A stretch of 64,000 nucleotides of DNA from Nitrospirota bacterium (GTDB lineage: Bacteria; Nitrospirota; Nitrospiria; Nitrospirales; Nitrospiraceae): NCBI GenBank assembly GCA_963703955.1, contig CAVPGK010000010.1, positions 64,001 to 128,000 on the forward strand, in the 5' to 3' direction. Both the position numbers and the translations under genes were made by a program. The notes under the pieces are model-generated. The model made no database searches, had not been told where the DNA came from, and saw only the letters and a list, made by a program, of their open reading frames with translations. Within the stretch, counting starts at the first letter, position 1. Every line of letters starts with the position of its first letter. This document shows, piece by piece, positions 10,148 through 21,532 of the stretch.

Positions 10148-12619
10148 TTACGTCACCGGGCACGGCTTCACATCCCAGATTTCCGCTGCATACTCCGCGA
10201 TCGTCCGGTCGCTCGAGAATTTGCCGGAACTAGCGACATTGAGGATCGCTTTCCTCGTCCACTCAGAGGGGACAGCGTAGAGCCGCCCCACTCTCTCCTG
10301 GGCCTCGCTGTACGATTTCAGATCGGCCAGGTGCATGTAATGGTCGCCGTGCGTCAGCAAGGCCTCGCGGATGGGAGTGAAGACTCCGGGCTCATTCCGG
10401 CTGAAATGGTCTGAAAAGATCAGATCCAGCGCCTCACGCGTGTCGGGCTCGTGTTCATAGTGCCACCACGGGTTGTACCAGCTGTGGCTATTCGCGACTT
10501 GTTCGGCGGTGAGGCCACAGAGAAAGACGTTCTCCTCGCCGGCCTCCTCCGCGATCTCGATCGTCGCGCCGTCGCGGGTACCGATAGTCAGCGCACCGTT
10601 CATCATGAACTTCATGTTGCTCGTCCCGCTGGCTTCATAGCCGGCGGTCGAGATCTGTTCCGAGACGTCGCTGGCCGGGATCAGGCGTTCGGCTATGGAG
10701 ACGGAATAATCGGGCACGAAAACGACTTTCAGACGTCCGCCCACTGCGGGATCGCCCTTGATGGTCCCCGCGAGATTGTTGATGAACTTGATGATGAGCT
10801 TGGCGAGCGCATAGGCGGGAGCCGCTTTGCCGGCGAAGAGAAACGTTCGGGGAGCGAAGTCGAGACGCGGATTTGCGCGCAGACGGTTGTACAGTACGAC
10901 GATGTGCAAGGCATTGAGGAGCTGCCGCTTGTATTCATGGATGCGCTTGATCTGGCTATCGAACATCGTGTCGGGATCGACGACCTCACCGGTCGCCGCT
11001 TTCAGCCAATCCACGAACTGCGTCTTGGCTTCACGTTTGGCCTTGCGAAAGGCGTCCTGAAAGCTGCTGTCGTTGGCGAGCGGCTTCAACCGGGCCAGTT
11101 GGCTTAGGTCTGTGATCCAGCCATCGCCGATCGCGTCAGTGATCACTCGCGCCCATGTGGGATTGCAGAGCAGCAACCAGCGACGTGGGGTGACCCCGTT
11201 GGTCTTGTTGTTGAAGCGTTTCGGGAACATCTGGGCAAGGTCCTTGACAGTCATCGTCCGCAGCAGTTCTGAGTGAATGGCCGCAACACCGTTGGTGCTA
11301 TGTGAGCCGACGATGGCGAGATGCGCCATGCGCACCTTCGGGTCCGTGCCTTCCTCGATGAGACTGACGCGGTTCAGACGGGCTTCGTCGCCCGGGAACT
11401 GGGCACGGACCGAGCCGAGGAAGCGCCGGTTGATCTCGCAAATGATCTCCGCCAACCGCGGGGCCCACATTTCAAACAAGTCGAGCGGCCATTTCTCGAG
11501 CGCTTCCGGCAACAGTGTATGGTTCGTGTAGGCCATCGTACGTTCGGTGAGATCCCAGGCTTGCTCCCAGCTGAGGTGTGCTTCATCGAGCAGGATCCGC
11601 ATGAGCTCAGCCACGGCCATCGCAGGGTGCGTGTCGTTCAATTGAATGGCGGCCTTATCTGGCAAGGCACTCCAGTCGCCATTGATCCGTCGGAAGCGGC
11701 GAATGAGATCGGCGAGTGAGCACGCGACGAGGAAATACTCCTGCACGAAGCGCAGCCGCTGTCCCACACTGGTGGAGTCGTCCGGGTACAGCACCCGCGT
11801 GATCGATTCCGATGCCACCGTTTGGGTCAGCGCGCCAACGAAGTGACCGCGGCTAAATTGCTGCAAATCAAAATAGTCCGGCGTGGCGGCGGACCAGAGA
11901 CGCAGCGTATTGATCGTCTTCCCGCCATAGCCGATCACCGGCCGGTCGAACGGAATGCCGAGCAGGAGTGCCGGCCGTCCGATGACCGGCCGCAGTTCAC
12001 CCTCGTGGAGGTCGACTGACGAGTGCAAATGGACTTCAACGGCTTCTTCCAGTCGGGGCACCTCCCAGGGATCGGGACGCCGCAACCAGTTGTCGGCTTG
12101 CTCCACTTGCCAGCCGTCCTTGATGCTCTGTTTGAACATGCCGTATTCGTAGCGCAGACCGTACCCCATCCCTGGCAGCCCGAGCGTGGCCATCGAATCC
12201 AGGAAGCAGGCGGCCAAACGACCGAGGCCGCCGTTCCCGAGTCCGGCGTCGGGCTCCGTCTCGACCAAGCCCGGATCGACATGGCCTTTCTTCTTCATGA
12301 TCTCGAGCGTGATGTCCAGCAGCCGCGCATTGACGACGTTGTTGGCCAGTACGCGCCCTAGGAGGAACTCCATGGACAGGTAGTACACGCGCTTGGGATT
12401 CTTCCGCTCATACGTCTTCTCCGTTAGGAGCCATCGCTGCGAGATGACGTCCCGGATCGAGCGGGCCAGGGCTTCGAACTGCGCTCGCGGTCTGGCTTCC
12501 TCCGGATCGATCACCGCGTCGAACACCAGATGTCGTTCATAGAGTGCGTCGTCTGTCCCGTAGAACTCGACCGGCCCGCATCCATATTGTTTGCGAAATT
12601 TCTCGAAGCGGTCGTTCAT
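10148..12619 (-). CDS. glgP: Glycogen/starch phosphorylase
   Basis: 823 aa; GLGNGGLGRLAAC, QLNDTHP and KRIHEYKRQ motifs; PLP-lysine motif EASGTSNMKF. Confidence 0.97.
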   Translation of the reverse strand: MNDRFEKFRKQYGCGPVEFYGTDDALYERHLVFDAVIDPEEARPRAQFEALARSIRDVISQRWLLTEKTYERKNPKRVYYLSMEFLLGRVLANNVVNARLLDITLEIMKKKGHVDPGLVETEPDAGLGNGGLGRLAACFLDSMATLGLPGMGYGLRYEYGMFKQSIKDGWQVEQADNWLRRPDPWEVPRLEEAVEVHLHSSVDLHEGELRPVIGRPALLLGIPFDRPVIGYGGKTINTLRLWSAATPDYFDLQQFSRGHFVGALTQTVASESITRVLYPDDSTSVGQRLRFVQEYFLVACSLADLIRRFRRINGDWSALPDKAAIQLNDTHPAMAVAELMRILLDEAHLSWEQAWDLTERTMAYTNHTLLPEALEKWPLDLFEMWAPRLAEIICEINRRFLGSVRAQFPGDEARLNRVSLIEEGTDPKVRMAHLAIVGSHSTNGVAAIHSELLRTMTVKDLAQMFPKRFNNKTNGVTPRRWLLLCNPTWARVITDAIGDGWITDLSQLARLKPLANDSSFQDAFRKAKREAKTQFVDWLKAATGEVVDPDTMFDSQIKRIHEYKRQLLNALHIVVLYNRLRANPRLDFAPRTFLFAGKAAPAYALAKLIIKFINNLAGTIKGDPAVGGRLKVVFVPDYSVSIAERLIPASDVSEQISTAGYEASGTSNMKFMMNGALTIGTRDGATIEIAEEAGEENVFLCGLTAEQVANSHSWYNPWWHYEHEPDTREALDLIFSDHFSRNEPGVFTPIREALLTHGDHYMHLADLKSYSEAQERVGRLYAVPSEWTRKAILNVASSGKFSSDRTIAEYAAEIWDVKPCPVT

Positions 12620-14760
12620 AAGACCTCCGCGGCAGAATTCAAGAGTTGTTGTCGTCCAGGGAAGGGCGTGCTCTGCCCGGCGACGCTCGTCCTGAATGCG
12701 AACAAACCGACCACCGATCGCGGTTGAACCACATAAGTCTCACCCGGAAGGAGCGGCGCGTCAGGCCCGTCACAGATGTCATCCGGCGACTCCAGAGAGG
12801 TGTCTATGGCGCGACGCCACCCCTGGTGCGTCCCCGCCGCGCGTGGCGGCAGCTCGAATGTGAGTGGCTCCCAATAGGCATTGAACATGAGGTGGACGAG
12901 AAACCGACCGTCAAGGGTGCTGGCCGTCGCGGCCAGGCTGTGGGATTCATCGCTCCAGTCTGGCCGATCGAGCTTGCAGCCCATGCCACTCGATTCTGGC
13001 CCGGCGAAGGACCTCGTTCAGGGTCCAACCGCTCCTCCTTCGCGCCAAATCCGCATGCATGCGCATCAGGAGCAGAAGCCGCACGAAACGATGAATGTCG
13101 GCATGCGTCTGCAGGTCCGTCCAGTCGAACCAGCTAATCTCATTGTCCTGGCAATAGGCGTTGTTGTTCCCACGCTGTGTGCGCCGGACTTCGTCGCCCA
13201 TGAGCAAGAGCGGCGCGCCGGCCGGTAGTAGGGTCAGCGCCAGGAAGTTTTTGACTTGCCGGTTGCGCAGGCGCTCGATGGCCGGATCGTCGGTCGGCCC
13301 TTCCACGCCGCAGTTCCAGCTCAGGTTGTCGTCGCTTCCGTCACGATTGCCCTCGCCGTTCGCCTCGTTGTGTTTCTCGTTGTACGACACCAGGTCATTC
13401 AACGTGAACCCGTCATGGCAGGTGATGAAATTGATGCTCTTCTCCGGCTCTCGTTCCTGCGCGCCATAGAGATCCGGACTGCCTTGCAGCCTCCGAGCGA
13501 GGCGGGTAACGGTCCCGCGGTCCCCCTTCATGAAGCGGCGAACGTCATCCCGAAATTGCCCATTCCACTCTTTCCAGCTATCGCCGACGAACGAGCCCAC
13601 CTGATACAGGCCCGCGGCATCCCAGGCTTCCGCAATGAGCTTCGTCCCCGCCAGGACCGGATCCGATTCGATGTCCCACAGGATCGGCGGATTGGCCAGC
13701 GGCCGGCCATCCTCGCCGCGGGAGAGAATCGAGGCCAGGTCGAAACGAAAGCCGTCAATGTGCATCACTTCAACCCAGTAATGAAGACTGTCAAGGATCA
13801 AACGGCGGACAATAGGCTGATTCGCATTCAAGGTGTTCCCGGTGCCGGTATAGTTGGCATAGCGAGATCGGTCCTCCTCCAAGATGTAATAGGCCCTGTT
13901 GTCCAAGCCGCGGTAGCACAGCGTCGGCCCGGCATGGTTGCCCTCCGCCGTATGGTTGAAGACGACATCGAGGATGATCTCAATGCCGGCCCGATGAAGC
14001 GCCTTCACCATGTCGCGAAACTCGTCGATCGGGCCCAGATGATCCTTGCGGGAGCTATATCGGTGATGCGGCGCGAAGAACGACACGGGGCTATAGCCCC
14101 AGTAGTTCACCAGGCCATCCGGAGCGTCCTGCTCGTCAAACTGAAAGACCGGGAGCAGTTCCACTGCCGTCACGCCGAGGTCTCGAGATACGGAATCTTG
14201 TCGATCAACCCCCGATACGTGCCTCGTGTTTCGGGGGGCAGACCGGAGCTGGGATGACGGGTAAACCCTCCCACATGCATCTCATAGATGACGGTCTGGG
14301 CAAACGGCCGGTTCAGGGGCACATCCCCTTCCCAGTCATACCCACTGGGATCAGCCACCACGCTCTTCATCGCGGTCGCGCAATTGTCACCCGGTTCGGA
14401 GGCGCTGAGGCGGCTGTAGCGTGCCGGAACGACCATCGCCTTTCCGTACGGGTCGAACAGCACCTTCCCAGGATCGAATCGAAGGCCTCGCTGGGGCTCG
14501 AACGGGCCGAACGCGCGGTACCCGTAAATCTGTCCCTCCTGAATTCCCGGAACGAAGACGTGCCAATAGTGATACGTCCGGTTCCGGGAGGGCTCGAGCG
14601 GAATTGCGGTCGTCGGTTTCGCATCGTCGACCCGATCAAAGAGGAGCAGTTCGAGGGCCGTGCTGTTCTTAGAGAACACGCTGAAATTGACGCCCTCCGG
14701 GTCGATCGTGGAGCCCAGCGGATAGCACTGGCCGGGCGTGATTCTCGGATCGCCATTCAT
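12616..14760 (-). CDS. glgX: Glycogen debranching enzyme GlgX (frameshifts near 14185 and 12982)
   Basis: Three contiguous ORFs (14170-14760, 12947-14173, 12616-12984) with YPLGS..GVNFS, IYEMHV, NYWGY, DGFRFDLA and EAWD motifs. Stop overlaps the glgP start. Confidence 0.92.
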
Positions 14761-14799
14761 CGGCCGCCTCTCATCGCCGCAACTGGGCGATACGCGCTG

Positions 14800-15150
14800 T
14801 CATGCCGGTACCGCCCACTTCCAGTCGCGGACTTCGGGCATATCGTCTCCGTACTTGCAGACATACGCCTTGTGGTCCAACAGCTTTTCGCGGATGGCCT
14901 GTTTGGCGTACGCAGTCCGCGAGCCGAGCTGCGGGAGGCGGTCGACCACATCGCCAGCCAAATGGATGTCCAGGTCGTTCACGACGACCATGTCGAACGG
15001 CGTGCTGGTCGTGCCTTCTTCCTTGTAACCGCGCACATGCAGATTGTGATGGTTCGGCCGTCGATAGGTCAGCCGGTGGATCAACCAGGGATAGCCGTGG
15101 AACGCGAAGACTCCGATTCCGGCTGGGAGGCTCAGGCTGAACATCTGCAT
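14800..15150 (-). pseudogene. xfp: C-terminal remnant of a second phosphoketolase fused to an unrelated 13-aa start
   Basis: [13 protein letters not shown] joined to [46 protein letters not shown], near-identical to the last ~100 aa of xfp 1044-3452. Confidence 0.9.
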
Positions 15151-15166
15151 TCTGTTCCCCTCTGCC

Positions 15167-15511
15167 TCACCGTGAAAGAGACCGTACATACGCGAGCACT
15201 TCGCGGGCCTCCTCATCGGAAAGCGCCCACTTCCACGCTCCCATCGCCGTATTCGGGCGACCATCATGGATCGTCTTGAACAAGTCGGCATCGAGCTTTT
15301 TCTGCACGGAGGGGGAAGTCAGATCGGCGGGTGGTGGATTGAGCACACGATAGCCATCCCCTTTGCCCCCCTGGCCATGACACACGAGACAGTTTTCCTC
15401 GTACAGCCGCTTTCCCTTGGATGTATCGCCCTCAATAGCCAATACGCCGCATCCCTGGAATGCCGACGTGAATACGATAAGGATGACCACTGCGGGAGTC
15501 AACCCGTTCAT
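15167..15511 (-). CDS. Monoheme c-type cytochrome
   Basis: Signal peptide, CLVCH heme motif, PPADLT, and distal Met in TAMGAW. Confidence 0.88.
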   Translation of the reverse strand: MNGLTPAVVILIVFTSAFQGCGVLAIEGDTSKGKRLYEENCLVCHGQGGKGDGYRVLNPPPADLTSPSVQKKLDADLFKTIHDGRPNTAMGAWKWALSDEEAREVLAYVRSLSR

Positions 15512-15597
15512 GTTCGACTCTCTTTCTGCACCCACTTTCGGTATTGATCGTCGCGTTCGTCTTACAGGCTCCCTTGATTTTGGCGGACGGCGTTTGA

Positions 15598-16585
15598 TCA
15601 AAAGTTCAAATACAGCCCGAGACCGACCTGCTCGATCTTCAGGGCGAAGAACTGCCCGTAAGGAGCGTAGCCATAATAGTAGTTCAGGAGCAGCCTGAAG
15701 CGGCGGTCGGCGCCAGCCTTCGACCATTCCAGGCCAGCAAGGACATTGGTGTTAATGCTCCAATCCAGTTCCTCCCAGGTGTGAAAATTCGATCCCAACA
15801 CCGGGGTGAGGCGAAGCCCGGGCAGTCTCAATATCGGCGCTGCGATGGTCGGCCCCCGCAGCTCGAATCCCCACTGCACTCCATTCTTGTCCAGGGTTGA
15901 GGGTGAGACGTGCACCAAATAGGTTCCTCCGGCGTACACCCGTCCCCACCCTCCTGGCGCATCGAGGGACAGGATCGCCTCAAGCGCCTCGAAACTCAGG
16001 TCCACCCGAGTGACGCCGGGATTGCGCAACAAAAACTCATCCCCCAGGTGGCTGCTGTTATGGTAGACGCGCACACGGGTCGAGAAGAGCCCGCTCCGCC
16101 ACGAGACAGGAATTCCGATGTTATAATCTGCATTGAGAAGGTCGTTGGAGCCTGAATCCAAATTGAATTGGGCAAAGACGGCGCCGAGAACGCCGACCTG
16201 CCAGCCATTACAGCCATGGCGCCGTCCAACTAGACCAAAGTTATCGCCAAAGCCGACCGACGCCAAGATTGAGATAGGTGTCGTCGGACAATTGCGGGTC
16301 CGCCAGAAAGGCGGCGAAAAACTGTGGCTGCTTCGGATCGGCCAAGAGCGGCCGAAAGACATCGTTCTCCGGAAAGAGCTTCCAACCCAGAAGAGCCACC
16401 GTTGGCTGAAGATCCTTGCCAATCCCTTCATAGCGACAGTCCCTCTTCGTCGAGTCGCTGACCGCCGATCTCTTCGCCAGACACCGGAATCGCGTTAACT
16501 GGGCACGAAACCTCGATCACCGAACCGAACAGAAGCCATGCCCGAAGACGTCGCTCTCCTGTCCTTCCGTCACTAAAGGACTCAT
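15598..16585 (-). CDS. DUF1207-like outer-membrane beta-barrel protein (frameshifted 5' part)
   Basis: ELFPENDVFRPLLADPKQPQF in an alternate frame, then DLLNADY, HNSSHLGDEFLL and a C-terminal aromatic LYLNF. Confidence 0.72.
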
Positions 16586-16637
16586 TCGAATCCTCTCCTT
16601 GATCGGACACCAGAAGAAGAAACTGGCCCCGCCTCTC

Positions 16638-17770
16638 TCAGCTTTGGGCGGCGAGGCTGGCCCGGAAACGCAACAACGCGACGACGAAAAACACCAGCCC
16701 GAGGCCCACAATCGCCGCAAGCTGAGGCCAGACCACATCGAAGTCGGCGCCGCGATACAGGATGGCCTGTGCCAACGCGGTGAAATGCGTCGTGGGCGCC
16801 ACGAGCATGATGTGTTGGACGATCTCCGGCATGCTTTCGCGCGGCGAATAGCCGCCGGACAGCATTTGCAGCGGCAAGATGACGATGAATCATCAGCAGT
16901 CCGAACTGCGGCATGGACCGGGCAATTGTCGCCAGAAGGATGCCGATCGACGTGGTCGAGAACAGGTGCAGCATCGCGCCGAACACGAACAACAGGATGG
17001 AGCCGGCGATGGGCATCTCCAAGGCTCCCTCGATGACGAAGCGCAAGGACAGCGCCGGCGCGATGAGCACCACGAGACCGTTCGCCCAGACCTTGGCGGC
17101 CATGATCTCGAACGGGGTGAGCGGCATGACCAGGAGGTGCTCGATGGTGCCGTGTTCGCGTTCCCGGATGACGGCGGCGCCGGTCAGGATGATCGAGAGC
17201 ATGGTGACCTGATTGATGAGCTCCACCACGCCGCCGAACCAGATGCCGTTCAGGTTCGGATTGAACTTCACGCGTTGTCACAAGCCTGATCGGCAGGGCG
17301 GCGTCGGTCCGGCGTCGCTGGACGAACTCGTCCACTTGTCCGGTGACGATGCTCCGGATGTAATTCTGGCCGATGTAGGCTTGGCTCATCCGTGTCGCAT
17401 CGATGTTCACCTGGAGGATTGGTTGTCTCCTCGCCAACACGTCTTCCTGAAAGGAGGGAGGAATGTCCACCACGAAGCTGTACGTTCCCGAATCGAGGCC
17501 CGGGTCGATCTCATCTTTTGAGATCGAGTGGGGGTTCTGGAAATATGGGGGATAGAATGCGGTGAAGATGCGTCCCGAGAGCGGCGTATGATCCTCGTCC
17601 ACGATGGCGATCGAGGCGTTGCGAAGCTCTCGCGACAACGCCTGCGCGCTAGAGTAAATCACGACGGTGAACATGGCGCCGATGAGCATCAAGAGCACGG
17701 TGTCCTGCCGCAGGCTGTACAACTCTTTGATGCCGAGTCGAATGATATTGGTCAGGTGCCTCATGGTCAT
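16638..17770 (-). CDS. yhhJ: ABC-2 permease YhhJ-like (frameshifted)
   Basis: LGIKELYSL, REREHGTIEHLLVMP and LSGGYSPRESMP across three ORFs. Confidence 0.85.
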
Positions 17771-20529
17771 GTGCCTTGTTTCTTGAGAAACACCATGCTG
17801 AACATGGTCAGAATGGGAATGTATGCTGCCAGGATCAGCACGAAGGGGTAAAGGTCGGCGAAATCGAGCGCTTTTGCGAACGTGCCTCGGGTGATCACCA
17901 TGAAATAGGTTGCCGGCCAGATCGTCGCAATGAACGCGCCAAATCCTTCGAGCGACGAGACGGGAGTGGACATCCCGGAAAAATTCGTCGTGGCGCTCAT
18001 ACTCAGGATGGCGGTGCCGGCGAGCGCCGCGATCTGCGTCCGGGTGAAGGCGGACATGAGCAAGCCGACCCCGGTCGTCACGGTCACGTACAGGAGTCCT
18101 GCCAGCGTGAGGCAGGCAAAGCCGCCCTTGAGTGGGATGTGGAACAGATACACCGCCATCGCCACCAGCCCGAAGAAGCTCACCATGCTGACGGCGATAT
18201 AGGGCAACTGTTTGCCGAGCACGAACTCCAGGCGCGTGGTCGGCGTCACATAGAAATTGGTGATGGACCCCAGCTCCTTCTCCCGCACCACTGAGAGCGC
18301 CATCATGACGGCCGGGATCATCATCACCAGAAGCGGAATGATGGTGGGGACCATCGCATCAAGACTCTTGAAGTCCTGGTTGTACCGGTACCGGAAAGCG
18401 AGACGGGCGAAGCCGCCTTCGCGGCACAATGCCCAAGGTACGCTGAGCGACATCGGACAAGTACTGGTAATGCATGCCGTGGACGTATCCCTTGATCGTC
18501 TCCCCACGGAAGGGATCGGCCCCGTCGATCCACACGCCGACCTCCGGCCGGCGTCCCGCTTGAAGATCCCGGCCATAGCCCGGCGGGATTTCCACGGCCA
18601 GGCTGACCTCGCCGCTCTGCATGCGGCGTTCCAGCTCCACATCGTCGTGCAGCGGCGGGCGTTCGATGAAGTAGTACGAGCCACTGATGTTCCGAATGTA
18701 GTCACGGCTCTCGTACGTTTCGTCACGATCCAAGGCTGCGAAACGCAGGTTCTCGACGTCAAAGCGTGATGCCGTATCCGAAAATGAACATCAGCAACAC
18801 GCTGCCGAGCAGCGCCGCCGTCATCCGGATGGGGTCTCTCTTGAGCTCCATGCTTTCCCGCATGGCGATGGCGAAAAAACGGCGGAAACTAAACCCGCCG
18901 CTGGCATGAGGTCGTGAGGCTGCCGTTTCTGTCGCGCCCTGGACGCTTCCGACGGTTTCCTCCTCGACCTCTTCCTCGACCACCTTGCCGCCGGCTTCCT
19001 CAAGGTAGCTGATGAAGGCGTCTTCGAGATTCGCCATGCCGCGATTGCGGACCAGTACAGCCGGCGGATCGCTCACCAGCACACCTCCCGCGTGCATCAG
19101 CGAGATGCGGTCGCACCGCTCGCCCTCGTTCATGAAATGGGTGGAGATGAAGATCGTCACATTATCCTTGCGCGAGAGTTCGATCAACAGCTCCCAGAAG
19201 CCGTCACGGTTCACAGGGTCCACCCCCGATGTCGGCTCATCGAGGATCAACATCTCCGGTTGGTGGACCACGGCCACCGCAAGCGACAGGCGCTGACGAA
19301 TCCCAAACGGAAGTGCCTGCGCGAGCTGGTCCAGATAGTCTTGCAGCGTGAACCGTTCGGTCAGTTCCGCCACACGTCCGGGGATCCGCTCCGGCGGGAG
19401 ATGGAAGAGCTGGGCGTGGAGCTCGAGGTTCTGGCGCACCGTCAGTTCTCCGTACAGGGAGAAGGCTTGCGTCATGAAACCGACCCGTTTCCGCGTCTCG
19501 AGATCTCGCGGGTTCACCGGTTGACCGAACAGCCACGCCTTCCCCTCGGAGGCGGGCAGGAGCGCGGTGAGCATCTTCATCGTGGTCGTCTTGCCGCAGC
19601 CGTTGGAACCGAGAAAGCCAAAGATCTCGCCCCGCTCGATACGGAAGCTCACGTGATCGACGGCGGTAAAATTGCCGAACCGCATGGTCAGGCCCTCGGC
19701 CTCGATCGCCGGCGGACCTTCCGGCGCCTGGCGAGGTGGAATCGTGATCGCCTTGTGGCCGCGGCGCTTTTCTTCAGGCAGCAGCGCGATGAAGGCCTCC
19801 TCCAACGTGCGCGCCCCGAAACGCGCCTTCAGCTCCGTCGGGAGTGCCGGTCGCCAAGACCTTTCCCGGCGTCCATGGCCACGAGCCAGTCGAACCGCTC
19901 GGCCTCTTCCATATAGGCGGTGGCGACCAGCACGCTCATCCCGGTGCGCCGGATGCGGATGCGGTCGATCAGCTCCCAGAACTGCCGGCGCGACAATGGA
20001 TCGACGCCCGTGGTCGGCTCATCCAGGATCAAAAGATCAGGGTCGTGGATCAGCGAGCAGCAGAGGCCGAGCTTCTGTTTCATCCCGCCGGACAGTTTTC
20101 CGGCGGGGCGGTCGCGAAACGGCGTGAGACCCGTGCTCTGCAACAACTCATTGATCCGCCAGTCCCGCTCTTCGCGGCCTTGACCGAAGAGTCGGCCGAA
20201 GAAATCCGCGTTCTCGAAAATGGACAGCGTGGGATACAGAGTTTCCGCCGAGTCCCTGTGGCATATAGGCGATTCGTGGGTAGACCTTACGGCGATATCT
20301 GCAGCCGAGCTCATGTCGCCGCCCAGGACTTCGACCCGGCCGCTTTGGATTTTCTTCGCGCCGGCGATCAATCCCAGCAGGCTCGATTTACCGACGCCGT
20401 CCGGACCGATGAACCCCACCATGCGACCCGGCGGAATCTACGACCGTCACGGCATCGAGCGCGATCGTGTTCCCGTAGCGGTGGGTGACCGCCTCAACCC
20501 GCGCAGACTGGTGCAGGTACGTCACTCAT
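17767..20529 (-). CDS. rbbA: Ribosome-associated ATPase/ABC transporter RbbA-like (two NBDs + permease; several frameshifts)
   Basis: NBD1: [28 protein letters not shown]2: [18 protein letters not shown]. Permease: YRYNQDFKS and [17 protein letters not shown]. Confidence 0.88.
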
Positions 20530-21518
20530 GGCGACAGCTTGGCTTCAAGATAGGCGGCCATTGAGCGGCCCATCGAGTTGCACGTAGGCGATGCCCGGAA
20601 GTCCCGGCTTCACCATCGCCTCGTGGCCCTTGACCAAATTCGCATCAATCTGCACTTTCACCCGGAACATCAGTTTCTCCCGCTCCGTCATGGTCTCCAC
20701 ATCCTTCGGGGTGAACTGGGCCTTGTCGGCGACGAATGTGACGGTTGCCGGAACCACTACGTTCGGTAGCGCGTCGAGCGTAATCCGTGCCTGTGCGCCC
20801 AACGGCACTTTCCCCGCCAAGGCTTCGGGCAGGAACACGTACATGTAGACATCGGTCGGGTCCACGACGGTCAGCACCCTTGCCGCCCGCCTGGCAGCAC
20901 TTCCCCCGGCTCAGCCAGTCGATACTGCACTCGGCCGTCGCGCGGGGCTTTCAGGATGCTGTCCTTGAGGTCCGCCTGAATGCGTTCGGCTCTCGGCGAT
21001 GGCCGCCGTGATCGATGCTTCGGCTTCAGCCAATTGCGCCTCAGCCTGCGTGGTCGACGCTTCGGCCGTTTTCATCGCGGTCTGTGCGCGGTCGTAGTCC
21101 TTCACCGAAATATTCGCTTGCACGTACAGGCCGCGGGCGCGATCCAGATCGCGTGAGGCCAGGAGTTGCTCGCTCTGCCGTTGCGCGATCAACGCCTTGG
21201 ATGTGAGTCGTTTCTTTCGAGCCTCCTCGACTTTGGCTTCTGCTTGCCGCAGTTGAGCTTCCAGCGAACTGGTGTCCATACGGACCACAACCTGCCCGGC
21301 CTGGACCGGATCGCCTTCATCGACGAGTACTTCCTTAATGCGTGCGTGGAACTTCGTAGCCACGTGAATCTCCTTCACCTCCAGCCGCCCGTTCCCGCTC
21401 ACGATGCCGACGAGCGGCGGGGTGCGAAAATACAGCCACCACACGGCGCCCCCTGCCGCGGTTAACAACAGGCGAGTGCTGCTATGATAATGGGCCGGGA
21501 AATCTTCAGCTTCGACAT
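20526..21518 (-). CDS. HlyD/YhiI-family membrane fusion protein (frameshifted)
   Basis: [30 protein letters not shown], coiled coil, and [19 protein letters not shown]. Confidence 0.87.
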
Positions 21519-21532
21519 GGGCGCTCCTCTCC